NCBI GenBank assembly: GCA_964428335.1
Contig: CAYRXW010000008.1
Location: 9,834 to 73,833 of the forward strand
Direction: 5' to 3'
Source: an uncultured Methanosarcinales archaeon
GTDB lineage: Archaea; Nanobdellota; Nanobdellia; Woesearchaeales; GW2011-AR15
DNA length: 64,000 bases
How positions within the stretch are numbered: position 1 is the stretch's first letter; each line of letters opens with the position of its first letter. Both the position numbers and the translations under genes were made by a program. The notes beneath the pieces were generated by a model, which ran no database searches, was not told where the DNA came from, and was given only the letters and a program-made list of their open reading frames with translations. Below, one piece after another: positions 24,967 to 35,238 of this stretch.

Positions 24967-27378
24967 TTACTTTTTTTTCTTCTTTTCTGTCTCTAGAACA
25001 TTAAGAAGGGTCTTAACCAACGCATCAGGTGTAACTGACAATGCTTCAATTCCGCAGCTTACAAGGAACTCGGCATAACCTGGTATTGAGCTTGGCGCAT
25101 CCCCGCAGAAACCCATATGCTTCTTCTTTTTCTTTGCAACTGCGATGACACGGCTAATCAACTGCTTTACAGCCGGGTTCCTCTCATCATATATATGCGC
25201 AACAAGTTCTGAATCCCTGTCTAAACCTAATGTCAACTGCGTTAGGTCATTGCTTCCTATTGAGAACCCATCGAAAATATCAAGGAATTCTTCTGCAAGT
25301 AAGACGTTTGCCGGGATTTCGCACATTGCATAAATCTTCAAGCCGTTTTTTCCCTGTTTCAGCCCATTTTCTGCCATTACTTTTATCACGCTTCTTCCTT
25401 CATCTAATGTCCTGCAGAAAGGAACCATGACAATTAAGTTTGTAAGGCCCATATCATCCCTTACTTTCTTCATTGCCTTGCATTCAAGGGCAAATGCTTC
25501 CTTATACCTTTCATCATAGTACCTTGAAGCTCCTCTCCATCCAATCATTGGGTTGTCTTCAACAGGCTCAAATTCCTTTCCACCAATAAGGTTTGCATAT
25601 TCATTGCTCTTGAAATCTGAAAGCCTTACAACGACATCTTTTGGATAGAATGCTGCTGCAATTGTTGCAACTCCATATGCTAGCTTATCAACAAAATACT
25701 GCGCTTTGTCCTTATATCCAAATGTCAGCTCTGCAATCTCTTCCTTCACTCTTTTGTTTCCTAATTTATTGTAATGCAAAAGAGCCAGTGGGTGTATCTT
25801 GATGTAAGAGTTTATGATAAATTCTTCCCTTGCAAGCCCTACTCCTGCGTTTGGCAGACTTGCCAACTGGAATGCCTGCTCAGGATTTCCAATGTTCATC
25901 ATGACTTTTGTCTTTGATTTCGGCAATTTTTTCAAGTCGGTCTTTACAACTTCAAATTTTAAAAGCCCGTCATAGATTAAGCCTTCGCTTCCTGCTGAGC
26001 AATCAACAGTGACTTTCTGGTTTGTCTTAACCTTTGATGTTGCTGTCATTGAGCCTACAATGCAAGGAATACCTAGTTCCCTTGAAACAATTGCTGCGTG
26101 GCATGTCCTTCCGCCCTTGTCTGTAACAATTGCTGAGGCAATCTTCATAATTGGCTCCCAGTCTGGATCTGTCATCTCAGTCACAAGAACTTCGCCTTTC
26201 CTGAACTTATTTATGTCTTTGACACTCCTTATGACATGAGCTTCTCCTTGGCCAATCTTTTCACCTACACTTCTTCCTGTAGCCAATACCTTGCCATGTG
26301 ATTTCAGCACATATTTCTCTAAAGTGTCAACATTCTTTGTGCTGTGGACCGTCTCAGGCCTTGCCTGGACAATAAACAATTGCCCTGTCTGGCCATCTTT
26401 TGCCCATTCCATATCCATCGGCTTGAAGTGTCCTGCTTTTTTTGAATAATGGTCTTCGATTATGCATGCCCATTTTGCCAAAAGAAGGATTTCCTTATCA
26501 TCCAAAACAAACTTGTGCCTCATCTCATCTGATACAGGGATTGTCTTTACTGGCCTTCCTCCCTCATTTGTATAGACCATCATAATCTTCTTTGCGCCGA
26601 CTTCTTTTGCAATTATCGCATTCTTTCCCTGCTTTAATGTCGGCTTGAACACATAGAACTCATCCGGATTGACTGATCCCTGTACAACTGTCTCACCAAG
26701 ACCATATGCGCCTGTGATGAACACAGCATCCTTGAATCCTGATTCTGTATCAATTGAAAACATGACACCAGAACATGCCTTATCGCTTCTTACCATCTTC
26801 TGCACTGCTATTGAAAGCCCGATTGAGAAATGGTCAAATCCTTTGTCTACCCTATATGAAATTGCCCTGTCTGTAAATAATGATGCGAAGCAGTCCATGC
26901 ATGCTTTCTCAAGAGCCATTGCTCCTCTTATGTTCAGGTAAGTTTCCTGCTGCCCTGCAAAACTTGCATCAGGAAGGTCTTCTGCTGTTGCTGAACTTCT
27001 TACTGCAACATCAACTAGTGCAGTCTTATACTGCTTTGAAAGTTTCTGGTAATTCTCAATTATGAGCTTCCTTAGTTCAGGAGGCATGTGTGCTTCCCTA
27101 ATCAATTTCCTGACTTTACTTCCTCTTTCCTGCAGGTTATGCATGTTTCTTGTATCAAGATCGCTTAAAATATCCTTGATTTTTTTCTTAATTCCTGCTT
27201 TCTCTAAAATATAGAAATATGATTTTGCTGTTATTGCAAACCCGTTTGGGATATTAACTCCCTTGCTATTTAGGAGCCTATACATCTCCCCAAGTGAAGC
27301 GTTCTTCCCCCCGACTAAAGGAACATCTTCAATACCTAGCTCATTAAACCATAGAACAAATGCTGATTTTTTATCCAT
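24967..27378 (-). CDS. ppsA: Phosphoenolpyruvate synthase (pyruvate, water dikinase)
   Basis: The N-terminus reads VLWFNELGIEDVPLVGGKNASLGEM. The phosphohistidine segment is TDKGGRTCHAAIVSRELGIPCIVG. The C-terminal PEP-utilising TIM barrel has GFSIGSNDLTQL. Length is 803 aa. Confidence 0.95.
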   Translation of the reverse strand: MDKKSAFVLWFNELGIEDVPLVGGKNASLGEMYRLLNSKGVNIPNGFAITAKSYFYILEKAGIKKKIKDILSDLDTRNMHNLQERGSKVRKLIREAHMPPELRKLIIENYQKLSKQYKTALVDVAVRSSATAEDLPDASFAGQQETYLNIRGAMALEKACMDCFASLFTDRAISYRVDKGFDHFSIGLSIAVQKMVRSDKACSGVMFSIDTESGFKDAVFITGAYGLGETVVQGSVNPDEFYVFKPTLKQGKNAIIAKEVGAKKIMMVYTNEGGRPVKTIPVSDEMRHKFVLDDKEILLLAKWACIIEDHYSKKAGHFKPMDMEWAKDGQTGQLFIVQARPETVHSTKNVDTLEKYVLKSHGKVLATGRSVGEKIGQGEAHVIRSVKDINKFRKGEVLVTEMTDPDWEPIMKIASAIVTDKGGRTCHAAIVSRELGIPCIVGSMTATSKVKTNQKVTVDCSAGSEGLIYDGLLKFEVVKTDLKKLPKSKTKVMMNIGNPEQAFQLASLPNAGVGLAREEFIINSYIKIHPLALLHYNKLGNKRVKEEIAELTFGYKDKAQYFVDKLAYGVATIAAAFYPKDVVVRLSDFKSNEYANLIGGKEFEPVEDNPMIGWRGASRYYDERYKEAFALECKAMKKVRDDMGLTNLIVMVPFCRTLDEGRSVIKVMAENGLKQGKNGLKIYAMCEIPANVLLAEEFLDIFDGFSIGSNDLTQLTLGLDRDSELVAHIYDERNPAVKQLISRVIAVAKKKKKHMGFCGDAPSSIPGYAEFLVSCGIEALSVTPDALVKTLLNVLETEKKKKK

Positions 27379-27444
27379 AAACTCACACCTCTTAATGGTG
27401 TTTTTTAAGAGGAAGTGGTTTATATAGGTTTTGAAAGTTAAAAA

Positions 27445-28050
27445 CTAAAGCTGTTTTTCAATTCTCCAGCAACCAACCTTCACATCATACCTTTTTTTTG
27501 TATGGAAATCCTGGGTCTTCTTCAGGGGGAAATCAAACTTGAAGAAATGAGTCACCTTAAACCCTTTTTCCTTTGAAAGCTTGTCAATGAAACTGTCTGA
27601 TTCTATTTTATGAAAGCTATAGATCACTTTTGCAAGCCTGAATGCCTGCTCCAAAAAGATCCTGTCTGCATGCTCGCTCTGTACGCCAAATGGCGGGTTT
27701 TGGAATATAACATCCACCTCCTGATTAAAGTCCCTTACATCTTTATTATATATCTCGCCTTTTAATTCCATTAGTTTAAGATTCTCTTCAAGCTGCTTCA
27801 GCGCATATTTGTCTATATCTACAAAATATACTTTTTCAGGAATGAATTGCAGGCATCCAATCCCTAGTATCCCTGTGCCGCATCCTAAATCTGCAATCCT
27901 TTTTCCCCTTATATCCCCATTCATGTCAGCAAACCATAGCACTTCAGCAGCTATCTCGCTATCAGTCGGATACTGTTCAAGCCTTGCCGAAGGTTTCTGA
28001 AAAACTGATAGCCTGGACAAAATGACTGCCAGCTGTTTTTTTGAATTCAT
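27445..28050 (-). CDS. METTL5-like N6-adenine RNA methyltransferase (COG2263 type)
   Basis: The SAM motif is IADLGCGTGILGIG and the catalytic motif is FQNPPFG (NPPF). Confidence 0.75.
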   Translation of the reverse strand: MNSKKQLAVILSRLSVFQKPSARLEQYPTDSEIAAEVLWFADMNGDIRGKRIADLGCGTGILGIGCLQFIPEKVYFVDIDKYALKQLEENLKLMELKGEIYNKDVRDFNQEVDVIFQNPPFGVQSEHADRIFLEQAFRLAKVIYSFHKIESDSFIDKLSKEKGFKVTHFFKFDFPLKKTQDFHTKKRYDVKVGCWRIEKQL

Positions 28051-28105
28051 TCCAGAATGTAAACAACCACAGATTTAAAAATTTTAACCATATCCCACAG
28101 GTATT

Positions 28106-28582
28106 ATGGCTGATTCAAAAGATAAGCAAATAAAAGAAGCATTCAGGAAGATAAAAGAGGAGATGACTGACCATCTGGAAGCCATAAATGCAAACACTGA
28201 AGAGATAAATGCAAATTATTCTTATGCACAGGAATTAGAGAAGATGATTGCAAAGCTTAAGGAAAGGATTGATGACCTGGAAACTAAGCTGAATGAAAAA
28301 ACAGCTGTAAAAACCAACGAAGAGCTTAGGAAGATAAAATTAAGCCCTAAGGAAAAAGAAGTTTTTTTGATGCTTTATGAAGAAAAAGGCGAGCTTTTGG
28401 ATTATAAGAAAATAGCCAGGAGCCTTGGACTGACAAGCGAAATAATAAGAAGGATTGTTTCAGGGATTATAGATAAGGGAATCCCTATTGTCAAGAAAGA
28501 ATTTGATGGCCATGTTTACCTTATGATTGATTCTGGTTTTAGGAACTTGCAGGCAAAAGAAAACCTGATAAGCTTTCAGTAA
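28106..28582 (+). CDS. Coiled-coil protein with a C-terminal HTH (same HTH type as 15113..15562)
   Basis: The N-terminal half has heptad character. The C-terminal part reads LSPKEKEVFLMLYEEKGELLDYKKIARSLGLTSEIIRRIVSGIIDKG. Confidence 0.6.
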   Translation: MADSKDKQIKEAFRKIKEEMTDHLEAINANTEEINANYSYAQELEKMIAKLKERIDDLETKLNEKTAVKTNEELRKIKLSPKEKEVFLMLYEEKGELLDYKKIARSLGLTSEIIRRIVSGIIDKGIPIVKKEFDGHVYLMIDSGFRNLQAKENLISFQ

Positions 28583-28614
28583 AATTTATATAGCATATAT
28601 CTCTAATTTTTATA

Positions 28615-30741
28615 ATGCTCTTTGGAAAACCTATCAGCGCAAAGCTTTCTGACCTTAAGGAAGAAGTGGAAAAGTCTGATAACCTTGAAGCTGAGTTTAA
28701 AAAAACCACGAAATCTGCAAATGATATCTTCAGAAAAAAATTTAATGTGGTATATAAGTTCACATATGAGGATCTGAAGCATGAGATAATGCAAAAAGAT
28801 TCTCCTGAAAGAAAATATGCTTCAAAAATCTGCGACCTGCTAAACAATATTGAGTTTGACAGGACAAAGCTGACAAAGAATAACCTGATTGATATCTGTG
28901 AAATGTTAAAAAACCTATCAGACGGCAAAATAATGATTGAGATTGAGCCTTTGAAAGAAGAAATGTTTGCTCCGCCTCAGATGCAAACTCCTCAGCTTAT
29001 TGATTTACCTGCTTTTTCAGTTGACCTAAATAGCGAAATAAATTCTTTAATGGAAAACCTCAAGCAGAACAAAACTGAACTGGATAACCAGCTAAAGCTT
29101 ATTGAAGAAGAAAAAGACATCCTAAAAAGAGAACAAAAACTACCAAAGTTCAAGTCAAAAAAGAAAGTTGATGAAGAGCTTGAAAGTTTGGAAACCAAAA
29201 AGAAAGAACTTGAGAAAAAAGAAGAAGCAATTGATGAAAAACTCCTTGAAATAAAAAAGATTGAATATGAGATAGATGAACATGCAAAAAAACTCAGTGC
29301 TGATGATTTAGCATTGAAGGAAAAAGAGGATTTTATAATATCAAAGGAAAAATTAATTGAAGAGATTAGAAAAGATTTCAAGGTAAAATATGACGATACA
29401 TTAAAGGAAATTGAAGAATTAAAAAAAGACCTAAAAGACAAAGAAGAAAGCTTTCTTGGGCTTCAAAAATTCTATCAAAAAAGAGAAGAGAAGCTTTTTT
29501 TGGAAGAAAATAATCTTCTTGAAGAAAAAAGAAGGTATGGAAAAACTGTCTCAGGGTTGATTGGCAATCATATTAATATTGCAAAGGAGGATATTGAAAA
29601 GACGCAAGCTGAGATTTTATCATTAAAATCTAAAATTCAGAAAGCCGATGAATCTTTTAAGGAATATTCAAAGAACCAGAAGAAGCTGATGCATGAGAAA
29701 GATATGCTAAGAAAAACCCTTGATGGGAAGAAAAAATATTTCAGCGAGATTGAAAAGGATTTCTCAAAAAAAGACCTTGAATTCCAGAGCCTTGAAAAAG
29801 ATATTCTGAAGAGACAGGAAAAAGCCGCGAAGCTTGAGCAAAAGCTGCATGATTATGAAACACATATAACTAAGGCAGAAGAAGACGCAAGAAAAAAACA
29901 CCATGAGCTGGAACTAAAGGAGCTTGATTTGAGAGCTATTGACAAGCAGATAGGAAGGATGCAGTTTGACATGAAAAACCAGAAGCTAAGGCTTGATACA
30001 AGGGAAAAATACTTGCAAAAGAGGCTTGATTCATTTGAAGAATTAAGAAAAGACATAAAAAACCAGATTGCTGCTGAAAAAAGAGCAGTAGCAAGGCTGG
30101 AGGAAAAGCTTTATAACAGGGGCAATAAGGTGAACAGAAGGCTTAGGGCAGCTGAGACTGAAGAAGAGAACTATGATTCTATAATAAAAGGGGTTTACAG
30201 CAATGCAGATAACGAAAGCCAATATTCTGAAGATGACACTCTTGAGGAATTTGACGAGCCTTATGAAGTTGCAAAAATAACAGAAGAAAAAACAGATGAA
30301 ACAAAGCAGGTTGTAAATGAGATAACTGTGACACATCTCCCTGATACCAGAATTGGAAACCCAAGCTACCTTGATATCCTGAGGTTGATAAATATTGCAA
30401 AGGATTCACTTGAAAAAAGCATGGCTGACAGGGCAAAAGGGTGTTATGTTGAAATCATAAAGCTGTTTGATGACCTATCTGAGCAGGATAAAGACGAGTT
30501 GTATAGCATGATTACTGAAGTCTTCAGGACAAAAGGGAGTTATATAAGAGTAATAAGCGAGAAGATTGAATCCCTCCTGACACAATTCAATTCTGCAGTA
30601 GAAAGGGGAGACATGGTCTCGTCCTCGCATATATATTCAATGCTCCAGCAAAAGTATCTTGCCTTGCCAAAGGAAGACAAGCCAAGGTATTACAATAAGA
30701 TTATGGAAGTATATAACAGCGCAGCGCTTGCGCAGGTTTAG
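28615..30741 (+). CDS. Large K/E-rich coiled-coil protein (hypothetical) with a helical C-terminal domain
   Basis: 708 aa. There are about 450 aa of continuous K/E/L heptad-like sequence. The antisense ORFs over this region are low-complexity shadows. Confidence 0.7.
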   Translation: MLFGKPISAKLSDLKEEVEKSDNLEAEFKKTTKSANDIFRKKFNVVYKFTYEDLKHEIMQKDSPERKYASKICDLLNNIEFDRTKLTKNNLIDICEMLKNLSDGKIMIEIEPLKEEMFAPPQMQTPQLIDLPAFSVDLNSEINSLMENLKQNKTELDNQLKLIEEEKDILKREQKLPKFKSKKKVDEELESLETKKKELEKKEEAIDEKLLEIKKIEYEIDEHAKKLSADDLALKEKEDFIISKEKLIEEIRKDFKVKYDDTLKEIEELKKDLKDKEESFLGLQKFYQKREEKLFLEENNLLEEKRRYGKTVSGLIGNHINIAKEDIEKTQAEILSLKSKIQKADESFKEYSKNQKKLMHEKDMLRKTLDGKKKYFSEIEKDFSKKDLEFQSLEKDILKRQEKAAKLEQKLHDYETHITKAEEDARKKHHELELKELDLRAIDKQIGRMQFDMKNQKLRLDTREKYLQKRLDSFEELRKDIKNQIAAEKRAVARLEEKLYNRGNKVNRRLRAAETEEENYDSIIKGVYSNADNESQYSEDDTLEEFDEPYEVAKITEEKTDETKQVVNEITVTHLPDTRIGNPSYLDILRLINIAKDSLEKSMADRAKGCYVEIIKLFDDLSEQDKDELYSMITEVFRTKGSYIRVISEKIESLLTQFNSAVERGDMVSSSHIYSMLQQKYLALPKEDKPRYYNKIMEVYNSAALAQV

Positions 30742-30796
30742 GAATTTAAAGTTTTGCTGCGAATAATCAAAACATTTAAATAGCAATTTTAACTTA

Positions 30797-31432
30797 ATGT
30801 ATACCAATATGGCAGATTATACTTCTCCGTTCACAACAGGTATCCAGTTTCTGGACCGATTAGGAGTCTATGAAGTATTATTACCTTTCCTTCTGATATT
30901 CACGCTTGTTTTCGCAATTTTAGAGAAAACAAAAATATTTGGGACTGAAGAAGTCCATGGCCACCATATGGCCAAGAAGAACCTTAATTCAATGTTTGCT
31001 TTTGTGACTGCTTTCCTTGTAGTTGCATCTTCACGACTTGTTGCTGCAGTGAATGAAGCCGTTGCAAACATGACAATATTATTACTTCTGGGTTTCTGTT
31101 TCCTGCTTTTAGGAGGAGTTTTCCATACAGGAGAAAAAGAATACCAGGCAAAAGAATGGAAAGGCCTGTTCATGATAATCATGTTTGCAGGAATACTGCT
31201 GATATTCTTGCACGCGATAAAAACAAAAGAAGGAACACCATGGCTTTACTTTGCATGGAACTTTATTGTAAGGAACATGGACACAGGTGCTATGGCAGCA
31301 CTCATACTTACACTGTTGATTGTAGGTGTCATGGGATATTTAACCGGAAAGCCGGGAGAAGGATCATTTGGACTTAGCGGATCAAAAAAAGATGAAGGAG
31401 GCGGAGGAGGAGACTCCCACGGCCACCACTGA
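30797..31432 (+). CDS. Membrane protein, tandem paralog 1 of 3, with a Gly/His-rich C-terminal tail
   Basis: The N-terminal motif is LDRLGVYEVLLPFLLIFTLVFAILEKTKIFG. The tail is KKDEGGGGGDSHGHH. Confidence 0.65.
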   Translation: MYTNMADYTSPFTTGIQFLDRLGVYEVLLPFLLIFTLVFAILEKTKIFGTEEVHGHHMAKKNLNSMFAFVTAFLVVASSRLVAAVNEAVANMTILLLLGFCFLLLGGVFHTGEKEYQAKEWKGLFMIIMFAGILLIFLHAIKTKEGTPWLYFAWNFIVRNMDTGAMAALILTLLIVGVMGYLTGKPGEGSFGLSGSKKDEGGGGGDSHGHH

Positions 31433-31444
31433 GGTGTATAAACA

Positions 31445-32029
31445 ATGGCAATTTTTACTGACGCAATTTTAGCATTAGAAAGCATGGGATTACTTGACGT
31501 CCTGCTTCCGTTCATACTTATATTCACAATAGCATTTGCGGTTCTTCAGAAATCTAAGATTTTGGGCATGAATGCTTATAGGTTCAATGTCGGGGTTGCT
31601 TTTGTATTGGCACTTGCTGCTATAATCCCACATATCACAGGAAATGGACCTGATGTTGTAAAGATAATAAATCAGGCACTTCCAAACATATCACTGCTTA
31701 TGATTGCATCAATGATGACTTTGCTTTTGATTGGGGTATTTGGAAACGACATAAATATTGCAGGGACAAACCTTGCATCAATTGTAGTACTATTTGCAGT
31801 CCTTGCAGTAGGCTATACTTTCATTGCTGCTGCCGGATACTGGAACCTTCCAAACTATCTTGACCAGGAAACAATGAATCTTTTGATTGCTATAATAATA
31901 TTTGGAGTGATTGTCAACTTTATTACAGCTGACCCATCACAAAAGAAGAAAGATGAAGGGTTCGGGCACTTCTTTAAAGGTATGGGAGATGTGCTCGGTA
32001 AAGGAGGCCATGGAGACCACGGGCATTAA
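31445..32029 (+). CDS. Membrane protein, tandem paralog 2 of 3, with a Gly/His-rich C-terminal tail
   Basis: The N-terminal motif is LESMGLLDVLLPFILIFTIAFAVLQKSKILG. The tail is GKGGHGDHGH. It starts 13 nt after paralog 1. Confidence 0.65.
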   Translation: MAIFTDAILALESMGLLDVLLPFILIFTIAFAVLQKSKILGMNAYRFNVGVAFVLALAAIIPHITGNGPDVVKIINQALPNISLLMIASMMTLLLIGVFGNDINIAGTNLASIVVLFAVLAVGYTFIAAAGYWNLPNYLDQETMNLLIAIIIFGVIVNFITADPSQKKKDEGFGHFFKGMGDVLGKGGHGDHGH

Positions 32030-32031
32030 AC

Positions 32032-32592
32032 ATGGCATCACTCCTTGACATTTCCTTATTAAATTATTTTTCAGATATTTTTGTAATCATACTTATATTT
32101 ACAGCAACATATGCAATATTGATTGCTAAAGGTGTTTTTGGAGGAGATAAAGGCCTAAATGCTGCAATAGCATTTTCCATTTCAATAGTTTTCATATTTT
32201 CAAAAGACGCCATAACTATAGTAAAAAATACTGTTCCATGGTTCATAATTATGATGCTTGTCATGACACTATTGCTTCTTGTGACAAAATCATTTGGTGG
32301 TGGCTGGTCAGCCTTGATAAACGAGAGTCTTGGAACCTATATTCTTGTTATAGGGATAATAATCCTTGTAATTAATATCGGACTAAGTTTTGGTCAGAAT
32401 GTTGGGCCTTATTTGGGGTCCAATGGCACAATTGACCCAGACAATGTTGCTATGGGAGATTCTGCAGATGTAGCATCTGATAATTTTGCACAAAACTTTT
32501 CAGCAACTCTTTTTCATCCAAAAGTCCTTGCTATGATACTTGTGATAATTGTATCTATATTCTCTGTAATGCTTATAGGATACTGGATATAA
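32032..32592 (+). CDS. Membrane protein, tandem paralog 3 of 3 (no His tail)
   Basis: The N-terminus is LLDISLLNYFSDIFVIILIFTATYAILIAKGVFGG. It starts 2 nt after the stop of paralog 2. Confidence 0.6.
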   Translation: MASLLDISLLNYFSDIFVIILIFTATYAILIAKGVFGGDKGLNAAIAFSISIVFIFSKDAITIVKNTVPWFIIMMLVMTLLLLVTKSFGGGWSALINESLGTYILVIGIIILVINIGLSFGQNVGPYLGSNGTIDPDNVAMGDSADVASDNFAQNFSATLFHPKVLAMILVIIVSIFSVMLIGYWI

Positions 32593-32630
32593 GATTATAT
32601 TTTTTATTTGAATAAAAATAAGAAATAAAA

Positions 32631-35132
32631 TCAGAAACTCACGTCGAATTCCCCTTCCTCAAACTCTATATCTTTTACAATTGATATTGCCGAAATATCC
32701 TTAAGGAGAGTTTCCAAAAGCAGCCGTTGTTCCTTTGAACATTTTATCAGCATCGAAGAAAGCCCTTCTTTTAGCGATATCTGCTTCTCTGATTTATGTT
32801 TCCTGACCTGGGATATAATTTCAACAGCCAAGTCCCCTGCTTTTTCTGCAGTCTCATCTAGCAAGTCCTGATTATATTGCGGCCAGCTTGATTGATGTAT
32901 ACTTTTCTTTCCTTCTTTTGATGCAAAATACCCAGAATACAATTCCTCTGTGATAAAAGGCATTATAGGCGCAATCAGCTTTAATATATTAAGCAACCCT
33001 TCATACAGCCCATATTTTGCAGAGTATATTTCTGTCTCTGAATGGTTTTCAATATTATATAACCTGTCTTTCACGAATTCCAGGTAATTATCGCAGAATA
33101 TTTTCCAAAAGAAAACTTCAACTTCCAGCTTTGCTTTTGAATACTCATAATTTTCCATATACGCTGTTGCATTCTTTATGACTTTCTGAAGCTTTGTCAA
33201 AAGCCACTTATCCATGACTTCAAGCTCATGATTCTGGTAGGAAAAGCCTTCAAGATGCATAATAACGAATTTTGATGCATTAAAGAGCTTATTCACCATC
33301 TTATTTCCTGTAACAAGGTCTTTTTCCTGGAAAGGCAGATCATCCCCAAGTTTTGAGCCTGCTGCCCAAAATCTAAGGGCATCTGCATTGTATTTCAATA
33401 TCATCTCCTGCGGCGCAATTGTGTTTCCCTTGCTCTTTGACATCTTTTTTCCATGTGGGTCAAGCGCCCAGCCTGAAATCATGATATTTTCCCATGGTAT
33501 CTTCTCATGGTGAAGGTATGATTTTACAACAGTATTAAAAAGCCAGAAAGTGATTATGTCGTGCGCCTGCGGCCTTAGTGACATTGTTTCCAGTTTTTTA
33601 TAGACTTCTTCATCCTTAAAAAGCTCTTTTGCAAGTTGTGGGCTAAGTGAAGATGTTGCCCATGTGTCCAGTACATCTTTCTCTGCTAAAAACTCAGAGC
33701 TTCCGCAGCTGCATTTTTTTGGCTTATCTTTAAGTGGGTCAACTGGCAAGTCTTTCTCATCTGCCAGAACTATTTCACTGCACTTTGAGCATGTCCAAAG
33801 TGGGAAAGGAACCCCAAAATGCCTCTGCCTTGAAATGCACCAGTCCCACTTTAATCCAAGTATCCAGTTATCGTATCTTGCTTTCATATGAGCCGGATAC
33901 CATGTCATCTTATTCCCCTGCTCAAGGAGCTTTTCTTTCAAATCAAGTATCCTGATAAACCATTGCTCTGTTGCAACATATTCAATATCTGTACCGCATC
34001 TCTCGTGGGTATTTACAACATGCTCGATATGGTCTTTCCTAATAAGGAAACCTTGGCTTTCCAGATCAATCAACGACTGTTTTCTTGCCTCTTCGCTTGT
34101 CATCCCTTTATAATTTCCTGACAGCTCATTATACCTGCCATCCATTCCCATGACATTTATTGCCTTTGCGTCAGGGTGCCTTACCATCCATTCAATGCAA
34201 TCCATCCCTCCATATGTGCAATAGTAAACAACACCTGTGCCATACTGTGTCTCTGTAAGGTCGTCATGGCTTAGCTTCACGATAATGTTTGAGATTGGAA
34301 CTGTTACTTTTTTACCAACAAGTTCCTTGCCTTTGAATTCCTTTTCTATTGTATAATCCTTAAACTTCTCCAGTGAATCTTTGCTTACAATAAAATGCTC
34401 ATTATTAATCTTAATTTTTACGTAAATCCCATTTTCATTTATGCTCATGCCTACACATGCATATAGCAGTTCAGGCCTTGTTGTTGCATAGATTATGAAA
34501 GAGCCATCTTCCATCTTTGCCTTCAGATAATTTAATGTTGATTTTGATTTCTTGTCATCCATTTCAACCTGGGCAATTGCTGTCCTGCAAAGCGGGCAGA
34601 ATATTATAGGGGCAAATTTCTTGTATATCCTTCCTTTTTTATACAGCTCAATAAAAGACCTTTGGGAAATCTTCCTGCAGTGGTCGTTTATTGTCGAATA
34701 GAATAAAGAATAATCACAGCTGATGCCGACATTTTTCCAATCCTGTACAAAATCCGGCCTTATCTCATTAAGGGTTTCTAAGCATAATTTGATGAATTCA
34801 TCTCTCTGCATCTTTTTTGAATTGACATTTTTTAGTTTCTCTACTAGTTTTTCAGTTGCAAGACCATTATCATCTGTCCCAAAAGGATAGAACATGTTGA
34901 AGCCCTTCATCCTCTTATAACGGGCAATGAAATCCATCTGCGAGAATGAGAATGAATGCCCTAAGTGCATCTTTCCAGATACAGTCGGAGGAGGAGTGTC
35001 TATTGAAAAAATCTCTTTTTGCTCATCATCCTTATCAAAAGCATAGACGTTTTCTTTTTCCCAGTATTCTAACCATTTCTTTTCTGCTATTTTAGGATCA
35101 TATCTTTCCATAATGAACACACCTCGAATCAC
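32631..35132 (-). CDS. valS: Valyl-tRNA synthetase (archaeal type); the true start is probably the MERYDP Met at 35111
   Basis: The N-terminus reads YDPKIAEKKWLEYWEKENVY. The HIGH-type motif is TPPPTVSGKMHLGHSFS. The KMSKS motif is GKKMSKSKGN. The length of about 826-833 aa fits ValRS rather than LeuRS or IleRS. Confidence 0.88.
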   Translation of the reverse strand: MIRGVFIMERYDPKIAEKKWLEYWEKENVYAFDKDDEQKEIFSIDTPPPTVSGKMHLGHSFSFSQMDFIARYKRMKGFNMFYPFGTDDNGLATEKLVEKLKNVNSKKMQRDEFIKLCLETLNEIRPDFVQDWKNVGISCDYSLFYSTINDHCRKISQRSFIELYKKGRIYKKFAPIIFCPLCRTAIAQVEMDDKKSKSTLNYLKAKMEDGSFIIYATTRPELLYACVGMSINENGIYVKIKINNEHFIVSKDSLEKFKDYTIEKEFKGKELVGKKVTVPISNIIVKLSHDDLTETQYGTGVVYYCTYGGMDCIEWMVRHPDAKAINVMGMDGRYNELSGNYKGMTSEEARKQSLIDLESQGFLIRKDHIEHVVNTHERCGTDIEYVATEQWFIRILDLKEKLLEQGNKMTWYPAHMKARYDNWILGLKWDWCISRQRHFGVPFPLWTCSKCSEIVLADEKDLPVDPLKDKPKKCSCGSSEFLAEKDVLDTWATSSLSPQLAKELFKDEEVYKKLETMSLRPQAHDIITFWLFNTVVKSYLHHEKIPWENIMISGWALDPHGKKMSKSKGNTIAPQEMILKYNADALRFWAAGSKLGDDLPFQEKDLVTGNKMVNKLFNASKFVIMHLEGFSYQNHELEVMDKWLLTKLQKVIKNATAYMENYEYSKAKLEVEVFFWKIFCDNYLEFVKDRLYNIENHSETEIYSAKYGLYEGLLNILKLIAPIMPFITEELYSGYFASKEGKKSIHQSSWPQYNQDLLDETAEKAGDLAVEIISQVRKHKSEKQISLKEGLSSMLIKCSKEQRLLLETLLKDISAISIVKDIEFEEGEFDVSF

Positions 35133-35238
35133 TTTCGTAAAGTATTTTTCAATAAAAAGGTTTCTTTAAAATAAGTTACCATTTTATAAGCGTAAAGATG
35201 GAAAGATTTAAAAATAAAAGGTTTGTAACCTGAGAAAT

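Noticed and set aside
25145-34121. Short ORFs antisense to or overlapping ppsA, the methyltransferase, the coiled-coil gene, the tandem membrane genes and valS (for example 25145..25333, 26669..26941, 28539..28928, 28992..29441, 30043..30336, 30868..31182, 33664..34121).
   Set aside because: Each lies entirely within a longer ORF that has unambiguous family motifs. Their products are Ser/Phe/Leu-rich, which is typical of reading K/E-rich or AT-rich genes on the opposite strand.
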